A stretch of 64,000 bases of DNA from Eubacteriales bacterium. GTDB taxonomy: Bacteria > Bacillota > Clostridia > Oscillospirales > CAG-272. The DNA lies in assembly GCA_045659245.1 (NCBI GenBank), contig JAZOWN010000055.1, positions 4,543 to 68,542 of the forward strand, in the 5' to 3' direction. This document shows positions 17,927 through 26,012 of the stretch, piece after piece; within the stretch, counting starts at the first letter, position 1, and each line of letters begins with the position of its first letter. The notes beneath the pieces are model-generated. The model was not told the DNA's origin. It did no database searches and saw nothing but the letters and a program-made list of their open reading frames with translations. A program made the position numbers and the translations under genes.

Positions 17927-18161
17927 GGGGCTGCTTAATTCGGATGCAGAAGTCGTGATTTGGGACTCGTAGGCGTACAGGCGTACGCCAGAGGGCCAAA
18001 GCACGGCTAAAAAACACAAATACAATAAAAAATGAAATTTGAGAGATTTATCTCGAAAATTTCTACATAAAAAACCGCTTTCACTATCGTTTTTTGATAG
18101 CAAAAGCGGCTTTTTGTTTTATATTCTTGTGTTTTTGTTCTGCGCTGAAGGAAGCAGCCCC
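17927..18161. repeat. 10-nt inverted repeat GGGGCTGCTT / AAGCAGCCCC bracketing the galM-uxaC convergent spacer
   Basis: Copies at 17927..17936 and 18152..18161, each 1-3 nt beyond the stop codon of its gene. Partial extension of similarity for about 13 more nt. Confidence 0.4.
18068..18120. terminator. bidirectional terminator between galM and uxaC
   Basis: Stem CCGCTTTcaCTATC / GATAGcaAAAGCGG (5+7 bp with a 2-nt internal mismatch), flanked by an A-run upstream and CTTTTTGTTTT downstream. Confidence 0.6.
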
Positions 18162-18164
18162 ATG

Positions 18165-19526
18165 TTAGAAATTAAAGTAGTTCTTTGCGTTCGTATAGCA
18201 AATTCCCGTAACGATCTCCTTGAGAGTATCATAATCCTCGGGGTACTCTCCGTCAGTCACCCAAGTACCAATCAGGTCGCAGAGAATACGTCTGAAATAT
18301 TCGTGACGGGGGTAGGAAACGAAGCTTCTGCTGTCCGTCAGCATTCCTATAAAGCAGGAGAGTGTGCCGAGATTTGCAAGCGCCTTCATCTGCTCAACCA
18401 TTCCGTCACGCTGGTCGTTGAACCACCAACCGCTTCCGAATTGCATTTTACCTACCGTCGGGCCCTTCTGGAAGTTTCCTATCATTGAACCCAATACGTA
18501 GTTGTCCTTGGGATTAAGGGTGTAAAGAATGGTTTTGGGAAGATAACCGTTGGTTTCAAGGCTGCCCAGGAATGCGGAAAGCTTTTCTGCAATACACAAG
18601 TCGTTTATGGAGTCAAATCCAATATCCGGACCGAGCTTTTTGAACATAGGAGTGTTGTTATTACGAAGCGCACCGATGTGAAGCTGCATTGCCCAGTCAA
18701 GACGAGCGTATTCCTTAGCGCAAACGCTAAGCATTGCAGTCTTGAATATCTCGATCTGCTCTTGTGTAAGAGACTCTCCCGCCAAGCGAAGCTCAAACAC
18801 CTTAGCGGCGTCTCCCTCTGCATAGGGAATATATTCGAGCGAGTGGTCGGAAAGACGGCAACCGTAGCTGTTAAAGAATTCAATTCTGCTTTTTATCCAA
18901 GCTATAAGCTCGTCGTAGCTCTTAACACCGATATTGTTGATATAAGGAATAAAGGTGTCCTTGCCGATCTCGATCGCCTTGTCGGGACGGAACGTGGGAA
19001 GAACCTTTACCTCAAAATCCTTCAGTTGCTTGTGATATTCAAGCGTGTCTGCGGGATCATCGGTCGTGCAGAGCGCTTCAACGTTGGATCTCTTGATAAG
19101 CTCTTTAGCTCTGTAATCCGCACGAGCAAGCTTTTCGTTGCAGATGTTCCAGATCTCCTCGCAGGTGCTCTCATCAAGAGCAACGTCTATATCAAAATAT
19201 CTCTTAAGCTCAAGATGCGTCCAGTGATAAATGGGGTTGCCGATAAGGCGGGGCATCGTTTTTGCAAACATCTTGAACTTCTCATAGTCGTCAGCGCCGC
19301 CGGTTATATATTCCTCGTCAATACCGTTGGTACGAAGCTGACGCCATTTGTAGTGGTCGCCGCCGAGGAAGAGGTCGGTTGCGTTGCGGAACTGATAATT
19401 TTGCGCGATCTGCGCGGGAGAAAGATGACAGTGGTAGTCGATTATCGGCAGATCCTTTACATATCCGTAAAGCTTTTTAGCCGCATCGGTCTTTAACATA
19501 AAGTTATCGTTTACGATGTTTTTCAT
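18165..19526 (-). CDS. uxaC: glucuronate isomerase
   Basis: N-terminal LPIIDYHCHLSPAQIA, plus WWFND and other UxaC blocks. About 450 aa. Confidence 0.85.
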   Translation of the reverse strand: MKNIVNDNFMLKTDAAKKLYGYVKDLPIIDYHCHLSPAQIAQNYQFRNATDLFLGGDHYKWRQLRTNGIDEEYITGGADDYEKFKMFAKTMPRLIGNPIYHWTHLELKRYFDIDVALDESTCEEIWNICNEKLARADYRAKELIKRSNVEALCTTDDPADTLEYHKQLKDFEVKVLPTFRPDKAIEIGKDTFIPYINNIGVKSYDELIAWIKSRIEFFNSYGCRLSDHSLEYIPYAEGDAAKVFELRLAGESLTQEQIEIFKTAMLSVCAKEYARLDWAMQLHIGALRNNNTPMFKKLGPDIGFDSINDLCIAEKLSAFLGSLETNGYLPKTILYTLNPKDNYVLGSMIGNFQKGPTVGKMQFGSGWWFNDQRDGMVEQMKALANLGTLSCFIGMLTDSRSFVSYPRHEYFRRILCDLIGTWVTDGEYPEDYDTLKEIVTGICYTNAKNYFNF

Positions 19527-19639
19527 AAAATTACCTCTTAAACAAAATTTACAGGTATATTATACATCAAAGACGTATATTTTTCAAGGGGTTTAATAAT
19601 ATATGTTTAAAAATAATTATTTAAAAATTAGATAACATA

Positions 19640-19668
19640 TTGAAAAATATGAAAAATAATGATATAAT
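19640..19668 (+). promoter_or_regulatory. sigma-A-type promoter candidate for the cysK-like gene
   Basis: TTGAAA (19640..19645), 17 nt, TATAAT (19663..19668). Leaves only a ~30-nt leader. Confidence 0.5.
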
Positions 19669-19706
19669 GGTAGGGAATAGTTTAAGACATATTTGAGGTA
19701 TACGGA

Positions 19707-20633
19707 ATGATTTGTAATTCAATACTTGATGCGTTGGGAAATACGCCTATTATAAGACTTTCCCACATGTGCGATGAAGACAGCGCAGAGGTCCTCGTAA
19801 AATTTGAGGGACTGAACGTTGGCGGCTCAATAAAAACGAGAACTGCGTATAACATGATACTTGATGCCGAGAGGCGCGGACTTATAAATTCCGACACGAT
19901 AGTAGTTGAGCCTACGAGCGGAAATCAGGGAATAGGTCTTGCGTTGGTTGGCGCTGTCAGAGGATATAAGACGGTAATAATCATGCCCGACTCTGTAAGC
20001 GAGGAAAGAAAGAAGCTCGTTGAGCACTACGGCGCAGAGGTCATACTTATTCACGACTCGGGAAATATAGGCGCGTGCATTGAGGAATGTATGCAAACGG
20101 CTTTGCGTATGCAAAGAGAAAACCCTAACGTGTTCGTTCCTCAGCAGTTTGAAAATCCTGCGAACCCCTCTATTCAAAGAGAGCAGACTGCCGTAGAAAT
20201 ACTCGAGCAGGTCGGAAAGCCGATACACGGCTTTTGCTCGGGAATAGGAACAGGCGGAACTATTACGGGAATCGGAGAAACCTTGAAGGCGGCAAACCCC
20301 GATATTGAGATATGGGCAGTAGAGCCCGAGCACGCCGCGATCCTTTCGGGCGGCTCTATCGGAACGCATATACAAATGGGTATCGGTGACGGACTCATTC
20401 CCAAGATACTTAACGTAAATATTTACGACGATATTTGTATCATCAAGGACGAGGAAGCGATAAGAACGTCCAAGGAGCTTGCATCTAAAGAGGGCATTAT
20501 GTGCGGAATATCGAGCGGCACCAACGTTGCCGCCGCGCTTCGCCTCGCTAAAAAGCTTGGAAAGGGAAAGACGGTCGTTACTGTTCTTCCCGATACTGCC
20601 GAAAGATATTTCTCAACGCCTTTGTTTGAATAA
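19707..20633 (+). CDS. PLP-dependent cysteine synthase family protein
   Basis: GNTPIIRL, PLP-Lys block NVGGSIKTRTA, TSGNQGIGLA, GIGTGGTITG, SSGTNVAAAL. Confidence 0.75.
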   Translation: MICNSILDALGNTPIIRLSHMCDEDSAEVLVKFEGLNVGGSIKTRTAYNMILDAERRGLINSDTIVVEPTSGNQGIGLALVGAVRGYKTVIIMPDSVSEERKKLVEHYGAEVILIHDSGNIGACIEECMQTALRMQRENPNVFVPQQFENPANPSIQREQTAVEILEQVGKPIHGFCSGIGTGGTITGIGETLKAANPDIEIWAVEPEHAAILSGGSIGTHIQMGIGDGLIPKILNVNIYDDICIIKDEEAIRTSKELASKEGIMCGISSGTNVAAALRLAKKLGKGKTVVTVLPDTAERYFSTPLFE

Positions 20634-20635
20634 TC

Positions 20636-20666
20636 AAAAAGTGCCGGATACTTCCGGCACTTTTTG
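20636..20666. terminator. bidirectional intrinsic terminator
   Basis: AAAAAGTGCCGGA-TACT-TCCGGCACTTTTT between convergent cysK-like and trxB. Confidence 0.8.
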
Positions 20667-20668
20667 AT

Positions 20669-21577
20669 TTAAAGTGAGTCAATATATCTGCAAGCGGCAA
20701 GCGCGGCAACGGCGCCGTCTGCGGTCGCAGTAGTGATCTGACGAATTGATTTCGTGCGGCAGTCACCAGCAACGAAAACGCCCTCCGTATCGGTAAGGCA
20801 CGCCTCGTCCGAAACGATATATCCGTATTCGTTAAGAGCGGTCAAATTCTTGAAAGCCTCGTTTTCGGGCGCATGACCGATAGCAACGAAAAGACCGTCA
20901 ACGGGGAGAGTATAGTGCTCGCCCGTCTTGGTGTTGTGAAGCTTGACTCCCGTGAGTATAGAGTCTTTCTCGAAACCCTCGACTACGGTATCAAATATCA
21001 TTTTTACGTTTTCTTTCTTTTCAAGTGCGCGAACCATTTTAACCTCGCCCGTGAGCATGGAAAGATTTTGGATTATAATTACCTCACTTGACGTTTCGCT
21101 GAGCATCATTGCCTCAACCAATGCTGAGTTTCCGCCGCCAACGACTCCGACTCTGCGTCCTGAATAGAAAGCTCCGTCGCATACCGCGCAAAAGGAAATG
21201 CCTTCTCCAATAAGCTCTTCCTCGCCCTCAACACCGAGGTGTCTGTGGCGCGCACCCGTAGCAATAATTACTGCGCGGGCTTCAAATTCGCCGAAGTCCG
21301 TAATTACGGTCTTGGTCGCTCCGTTATCCTTAACGCCCGTAACCTCCGCAAGCTCAATATCAGCACCGTGTGCGGTGACCTGCTCAAGAAGTCTGTCGGC
21401 AAACTCATTTCCGCTTATCTCGGGAAATCCGGGATAATTTTCAACCTTAGGCGAAAAAGTTATCTGACCGCCAAAAGTTTCTTTTTCTATGAGAAGAACC
21501 TTTTTCTCGGCGCGGAGCGCGTAAAGCGCCGCGGTAAGTCCTGCGGGGCCTGCGCCAATAACAATAATATCGTGCAT
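20669..21577 (-). CDS. trxB: thioredoxin-disulfide reductase
   Basis: IVIGAGPAGLTAALY, redox-active CAVCDG, GGGNSALVEA. Start moved to MHDIIVIG (ATG at complement 21575..21577) with GGAGG Shine-Dalgarno. Confidence 0.9.
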   Translation of the reverse strand: MHDIIVIGAGPAGLTAALYALRAEKKVLLIEKETFGGQITFSPKVENYPGFPEISGNEFADRLLEQVTAHGADIELAEVTGVKDNGATKTVITDFGEFEARAVIIATGARHRHLGVEGEEELIGEGISFCAVCDGAFYSGRRVGVVGGGNSALVEAMMLSETSSEVIIIQNLSMLTGEVKMVRALEKKENVKMIFDTVVEGFEKDSILTGVKLHNTKTGEHYTLPVDGLFVAIGHAPENEAFKNLTALNEYGYIVSDEACLTDTEGVFVAGDCRTKSIRQITTATADGAVAALAACRYIDSL

Positions 21578-21596
21578 ACTGTACCTCCAAAAATTT

Positions 21597-21622
21597 GGGG
21601 TGTTGCGTTTTCGCAACACCCC
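21597..21622 (-). terminator. hairpin (terminator/attenuator-like) between nrdD stop and trxB Shine-Dalgarno
   Basis: 11-bp perfect stem GGGGTGTTGCG / CGCAACACCCC with 4-nt loop. On the minus strand it is followed by AAATTTTTGG and then the trxB GGAGG. Confidence 0.55.
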
Positions 21623-21629
21623 GTTTGTT

Positions 21630-24005
21630 TTATGCCTTTACAGAGTCAATAAATTTGCGAATATTGGAAACGTTAACTATTTTCTCTGCTTTTCCGTCCT
21701 TGATAACTACAAGAGTGGGAGCCTGCATGATTCCGAACTGCTTTGCAGCATCAAGATCCTTGTTTGCGTATACCTTTTCGTAAACGATGCCCGCATCGTC
21801 AAGGAACTTTTCTGCCATCTTGCAGTTAGGGCACGTCTCGGTCTTGAAAAGAATGATCTTGTTCTCACCCTCACACTCGCAAGCAGCCTCTTCCTTTACC
21901 GTCGCAGTAGATCTTTTCTGGAACTTCTCAACAGAAGCGGAAATATTGTAAAGCTTACGGTTCTTGTATTCCTCGGACTTACCGTCGTTCCAGTTCTGTA
22001 CAGGGCGGTAGTAGCCGGTAATACGGCTGTAAACCTCGGTCTTCTCTCCGCAAAGAGGACAAACGAACTTCTCACCGGGGATATATCCGTGTGCCTTACA
22101 TACGGAGTACGTGGGAGACAGGGTGTAGTAGGGAAGCTTGTAGTTTTCAGCGATCTTGCGTACAAGGCTTGCAGCAGAATCCCAAGAGGGAAGCTTTTCA
22201 CCGAGGAATGCGTGGAATACGGTTCCGGAGGTGTAGAGCGTCTGAAGCTCGTCCTGAATATCAAGAGCTTCGAATATATCGTCAGTGTAGCTGACGGGGA
22301 GGTGAGAGGAGTTGGTGTAGTAAGGAGTCTTTCCGTTCTCGGAAGCCGTGATGATCTCGGGGAATCTCTTAACGTCGTGCTTTGCAAGACGGAAGGAGGT
22401 GGACTCAGCGGGAGTAGCCTCGAGGTTGTAAAGGTCACCGTACTTCTCCTGGTAGTCGGAGAGTCTTTCTCTCATGTGGTTGAGAACGTCCTTGGTGAAC
22501 TCCTGAGCCTCTACGTTGGTAAGATCCTTTCCGATCCACTTAGCGTTAAGGCAAGCCTCGTTCATACCGACAAGACCGATGGTAGAGAAGTGGTTGTTGA
22601 ACGTTCCAAGGTATCTCTTGGTGTAGGGGTACAGACCCTCGTCGAGAAGCTTGGTAATGACCGTTCTCTTGATCTTAAGGCTTCGAGCAGCAATATCCAT
22701 CTGACGGTCAAGGCGCTTGTAGAAGTCGTCCTCGTTTTCAGCAAGATATGCAATTCTCGGAATATTAATGGTAACAACACCTACAGAACCCGTGCTCTCA
22801 CCGCTTCCGAAGAATCCGCCGGACTTCTTGCGAAGCTCACGGAGGTCAAGGCGCAGACGGCAGCACATACTTCTTACGTCGCTGGGCTCCATATCGCTGT
22901 TGATATAGTTTGAGAAGTAAGGAGTACCGTATTTAGCGGTCATTTCAAAGAGAAGCTTGTTGTTCTCGGTCTCGGACCAGTCAAAGTTAGAGGTGATGGA
23001 GTAGGTGGGGATAGGATACTGGAAGCCACGTCCGTTAGCGTCGCCCTCGATCATGGTTTCGATAAACGCCTTGTTTATCATATCCATTTCTTTCTTGCAA
23101 TCCTTGTACTTGAAGTCCATTTCCTTGCCGCCAACGATAGCGTTAAGCTCAGCAAGGTCTGCGGGAACGGTCCAGTCAAGGGTTATGTTGGAGAAGGGAG
23201 CCTGAGTACCCCAACGAGAGGGAGTATTTACACCGAAAATAAAGGATTCGATGCACTTCTTGACCTGATCGTAGGAAAGGTTGTCTACCTTAACGAAAGG
23301 TGCAAGATAGGTGTCAAAGGACGAGAACGCCTGCGCGCCTGCCCACTCGTTCTGCATGATTCCGAGAAAGTTAACCATCTGGTTGCAAAGAGTTGCAAGG
23401 TGGCTTGCGGGAGCAGAGGTGATCTTTCCGGTAACACCGCCAAGACCCTCCTGAATGAGCTGCTTGAGCGACCAACCTGCGCAGTAGCCGGTAAGCATGG
23501 AGAGGTCGTGGATGTGGAGATCTGCATTTCTGTGAGCGTTTGCGATCTCGTCATCGTAGATCTCGGAGAGCCAGTAGTTTGCGGTGATAGCACCGGAGTT
23601 GCTGAGGATAAGACCACCGACGGAATAGGTTACGGTAGAGTTCTCCTTAACACGCCAGTCGATGTTCTTGACGTAGCTGTCAACGATATCCTTATAGTCA
23701 AGGATAGTAGACTTCATGTTACGCATCTTTTCTCTCTGCTTACGGTAGAGAATATATGCCTTTGCAACGTCAGCATATCCCGCCTGAACGAGAGTGGACT
23801 CAACGCTGTCCTGGATGTCCTCTACGGAGATCAAGCCTTCCTTTATTTTAGGCTCGAAATCAGCCGTTACCTTAAGTGCGAGGAAATCAATGATAGAGGG
23901 GTGATACTGCTTTTCTTGAGCTTCGAATGCAAGCTTGATAGCTTCGCTGATTTTCTCAAGACTAAAATCAGCGACCTTGCCGTCACGTTTTAAAACCTGA
24001 TACAT
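21630..24005 (-). CDS. nrdD: anaerobic ribonucleoside-triphosphate reductase (class III) with fused C-terminal thioredoxin-fold domain
   Basis: ATP-cone N-terminus VLKRDGKVADFSLEKISEAI. Zn ribbon CKAH...CPLCGE. Glycyl-radical motif RITGYYRP (complement 22002..22025). An extra 123 aa follow, ending in KIILFKTETCPNCKMAEKFL...QAPTLVVIKDG, with CPNC at complement 21822..21833. Confidence 0.9.
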   Translation of the reverse strand: MYQVLKRDGKVADFSLEKISEAIKLAFEAQEKQYHPSIIDFLALKVTADFEPKIKEGLISVEDIQDSVESTLVQAGYADVAKAYILYRKQREKMRNMKSTILDYKDIVDSYVKNIDWRVKENSTVTYSVGGLILSNSGAITANYWLSEIYDDEIANAHRNADLHIHDLSMLTGYCAGWSLKQLIQEGLGGVTGKITSAPASHLATLCNQMVNFLGIMQNEWAGAQAFSSFDTYLAPFVKVDNLSYDQVKKCIESFIFGVNTPSRWGTQAPFSNITLDWTVPADLAELNAIVGGKEMDFKYKDCKKEMDMINKAFIETMIEGDANGRGFQYPIPTYSITSNFDWSETENNKLLFEMTAKYGTPYFSNYINSDMEPSDVRSMCCRLRLDLRELRKKSGGFFGSGESTGSVGVVTINIPRIAYLAENEDDFYKRLDRQMDIAARSLKIKRTVITKLLDEGLYPYTKRYLGTFNNHFSTIGLVGMNEACLNAKWIGKDLTNVEAQEFTKDVLNHMRERLSDYQEKYGDLYNLEATPAESTSFRLAKHDVKRFPEIITASENGKTPYYTNSSHLPVSYTDDIFEALDIQDELQTLYTSGTVFHAFLGEKLPSWDSAASLVRKIAENYKLPYYTLSPTYSVCKAHGYIPGEKFVCPLCGEKTEVYSRITGYYRPVQNWNDGKSEEYKNRKLYNISASVEKFQKRSTATVKEEAACECEGENKIILFKTETCPNCKMAEKFLDDAGIVYEKVYANKDLDAAKQFGIMQAPTLVVIKDGKAEKIVNVSNIRKFIDSVKA

Positions 24006-24048
24006 TTTTAATCTCCTTTATTTCGTTATAATTTTTTCGTGCATATAT

Positions 24049-24077
24049 ATTATATGACAAAATTCCTCAAATGTCAA
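24049..24077 (-). promoter_or_regulatory. consensus sigma-A promoter for nrdD
   Basis: Minus strand reads TTGACA (complement 24072..24077), 17 nt, TATAAT (complement 24049..24054), 44 nt upstream of the nrdD ATG. Confidence 0.6.
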
Positions 24078-24088
24078 TTGTGAGAAAT

Positions 24089-24134
24089 CACAATATATTG
24101 TGCCTTTTATTGGTCGTTATCACAATATCTTGTA
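24089..24134. promoter_or_regulatory. NrdR box pair 1 (two boxes, starts 32 bp apart)
   Basis: CACAATATATTGTG (24089..24102) is a perfect match to the palindromic NrdR core CACwATATATwGTG. CACAATATCTTGTA (24121..24134) has 2 mismatches. Confidence 0.75.
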
Positions 24135-24152
24135 TAATATTCGCTTTTTGAC

Positions 24153-24187
24153 CACTATATATAGTGTGTCGGAAACTATATATAGTG
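24153..24187. promoter_or_regulatory. NrdR box pair 2 (two boxes, starts 21 bp apart)
   Basis: CACTATATATAGTG (24153..24166) is a perfect match. AACTATATATAGTG (24174..24187) has 1 mismatch. Confidence 0.7.
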
Positions 24188-24217
24188 CTTCACCCAGGCG
24201 AAATCTTTAAAATTCTA

Positions 24218-24246
24218 TTGAAACATGCGCTTTTTTTTGATATAAT
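24218..24246 (+). promoter_or_regulatory. sigma-A-type promoter candidate for the PHP-domain gene
   Basis: TTGAAA (24218..24223), 17 nt, TATAAT (24241..24246). Confidence 0.5.
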
Positions 24247-24306
24247 GTATTCGGGGAGCACGTAGCGAGTCACTAACAGTTATTAAAAATAAGAAAGGGA
24301 GCCTCT

Positions 24307-25107
24307 ATGAAATACATAGTAGATCACGATTATCACATTCATTCAAAGCTTTCGACCTGCTCGTCTGATCCGTTACAGACGCCGGATAGAATGTTGAGGT
24401 ATGCTAAGGAACACGGACTTAAAAGAATTTGTATTGCGGACCATTTTTGGGACGACGCCGTTGAGGGCGCATCTGATTGGTATGCACCGCAAGACTATGC
24501 TCATATATCTGAGTCACTTCCGTTGCCGCAGGATGCGGACGTGGAGTTCTTGTTCGCATGTGAAACGGAGCTGGATAAAAACCTTACGCTCGGACTGTCT
24601 CCCGAAAAGTATGATAAATTTGATTTCATTATTATTCCCACAACGCATCTTCATATGAAAAACTTTACCGTTGAGGCAGATGCAACGCTTGAGATGCGCG
24701 CGGATGCTTACGTGAAAAGATTTGAAAAGATACTTTCTATGGATCTTCCTTTTCATAAGGTCGGAATAGCGCACTTGACGTGCCCGCTTATCGCAAAGAA
24801 GCCCCCCGAGGCTTTTATTGAGGTTTTGGATATGGTCTCCGACGAAACTTTCGAGAGACTTTTCACAAAAGCGGCAGCGCTTGGCGTGGGAATAGAGCTT
24901 AACTTCCAAACAAATTACGAGGAAGAAGCCATGGAGCGCATATTAAGGGTATACAGAATTGCAAAAAAATGCGGCTGTAAATTCTATTTGGGCAGCGATA
25001 CTCATAAGGAGTGTTATTTGGACGGCGGCTATAACAGGCTTTGCCGGATCGTTGATATGCTCGAGCTTGAGGAAAGCGATAAGTTTATTTTAAATATAAA
25101 TAGGTAA
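24307..25107 (+). CDS. PHP (polymerase/histidinol-phosphatase) domain metal-dependent phosphoesterase
   Basis: N-terminal DYHIHSKLSTCSSD, then ICIADHFWD, CETE, IPTTHLH, GIAHL, LGSDTH. This His/Asp/Glu pattern is typical of PHP-fold hydrolases. Confidence 0.6.
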   Translation: MKYIVDHDYHIHSKLSTCSSDPLQTPDRMLRYAKEHGLKRICIADHFWDDAVEGASDWYAPQDYAHISESLPLPQDADVEFLFACETELDKNLTLGLSPEKYDKFDFIIIPTTHLHMKNFTVEADATLEMRADAYVKRFEKILSMDLPFHKVGIAHLTCPLIAKKPPEAFIEVLDMVSDETFERLFTKAAALGVGIELNFQTNYEEEAMERILRVYRIAKKCGCKFYLGSDTHKECYLDGGYNRLCRIVDMLELEESDKFILNINR

Positions 25108-25120
25108 ATATTAAAAAGCG

Positions 25121-25157
25121 GTGGCACATCTGGGATACAGATGTGCCACAGTTTTTT
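25121..25157. terminator. intrinsic terminator (bidirectional position)
   Basis: 12-bp perfect stem GTGGCACATCTG / CAGATGTGCCAC with GGATA loop, followed by AGTTTTTT. Confidence 0.8.
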
Positions 25158-25163
25158 GAAAAA

Positions 25164-25853
25164 TCATATTCCTCGAAGCTCTGCGTGCTTTACGTAGGGC
25201 TTTACTGCATTAAGCATCTCACGCATCGTTTCCTCGGAGTGCGCGGAATATTCGGAACAGATCAAGTCGCCCGAATCTTTAAAGGCTTGTAAATAGTAGC
25301 CCTCTGCGCCCAAAATAAGGCTTCCGAGAGAGATCATGTCGTCGAGCGTATGCAGCTCCTTAACCACAGTGGTCCTGAATTCGTACGAAACGCCGCTATT
25401 CATGATAAGATCTATGCTTTCCTTTATCTCGTCAAGATCGATATCAGCTCCGACCGAAAGCGTATATTTTTCGAGAGAATTTTTTATATCCATAGCTATG
25501 TGATCGACAAGCCCAAGCTCAATTATTTTCCTTAGAAGCTTTGGACGCGAGCCGTTTGTATCAAGCTTTATCGCGAAACCGAGCGCATGAATTTTTTCAA
25601 TAAAGGGAATAATATCGTGTTGAAGCAACGGCTCACCGCCTGTTATGCATACGCCGTCCAAAACGCCTACGCGCTTTTCTAAAAACTTGAAAAATTCCTC
25701 CTCGGATATATCGTCCACCTCCTTGGGGGACAGAACAAGCGAAGCATTGTGACAGAACGGGCAACGGAAATTACAACCACCCGTAAAAACAGTACACGCA
25801 ACCTTGCCCGGAAAGTCAAGCAGGGTGGTTTTTTGAAGACCTTTTATTTGCAT
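25164..25853 (-). CDS. nrdG: anaerobic ribonucleoside-triphosphate reductase activating protein (radical SAM)
   Basis: TLLDFPGKVACTVFTGGCNFRCPFCHN, then GVCITGGEPL. About 229 aa. Confidence 0.9.
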   Translation of the reverse strand: MQIKGLQKTTLLDFPGKVACTVFTGGCNFRCPFCHNASLVLSPKEVDDISEEEFFKFLEKRVGVLDGVCITGGEPLLQHDIIPFIEKIHALGFAIKLDTNGSRPKLLRKIIELGLVDHIAMDIKNSLEKYTLSVGADIDLDEIKESIDLIMNSGVSYEFRTTVVKELHTLDDMISLGSLILGAEGYYLQAFKDSGDLICSEYSAHSEETMREMLNAVKPYVKHAELRGI

Positions 25854-26012
25854 ATTAGCTCCTTAATAAAGATATTGTTCAAAAAACGACGTGTCTTTCG
25901 ACTTTTGCCGTTTTTTTGTATATTTTTTTGTATTTTTGTAAATTATGTCAATTGAAAATAAAAAAATTTAATGTTAAAATTAATACAGATATTTAACAGC
26001 AAAGGAGAAAAA

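Noticed and set aside
18678-19496. 272-aa plus-strand ORF
   Set aside because: It is antisense to uxaC, which has the diagnostic DYHCHL N-terminus and full length.
21600-22913. 437-aa plus-strand ORF, the longest unexplained ORF in the track
   Set aside because: It lies entirely antisense to nrdD, whose identity is unambiguous (ATP-cone, Zn ribbon, glycyl-radical motif). Its translation is low-complexity (L/V/S/G-rich) with no motifs, as expected for a stop-free antisense frame of a codon-biased gene.
25911-25942. Tandem-looking TTTTTGTA repeats upstream of nrdG
   Set aside because: This is short, AT-rich, low-complexity promoter-region sequence with three imperfect copies, and there is no evidence of a functional repeat or an NrdR box.
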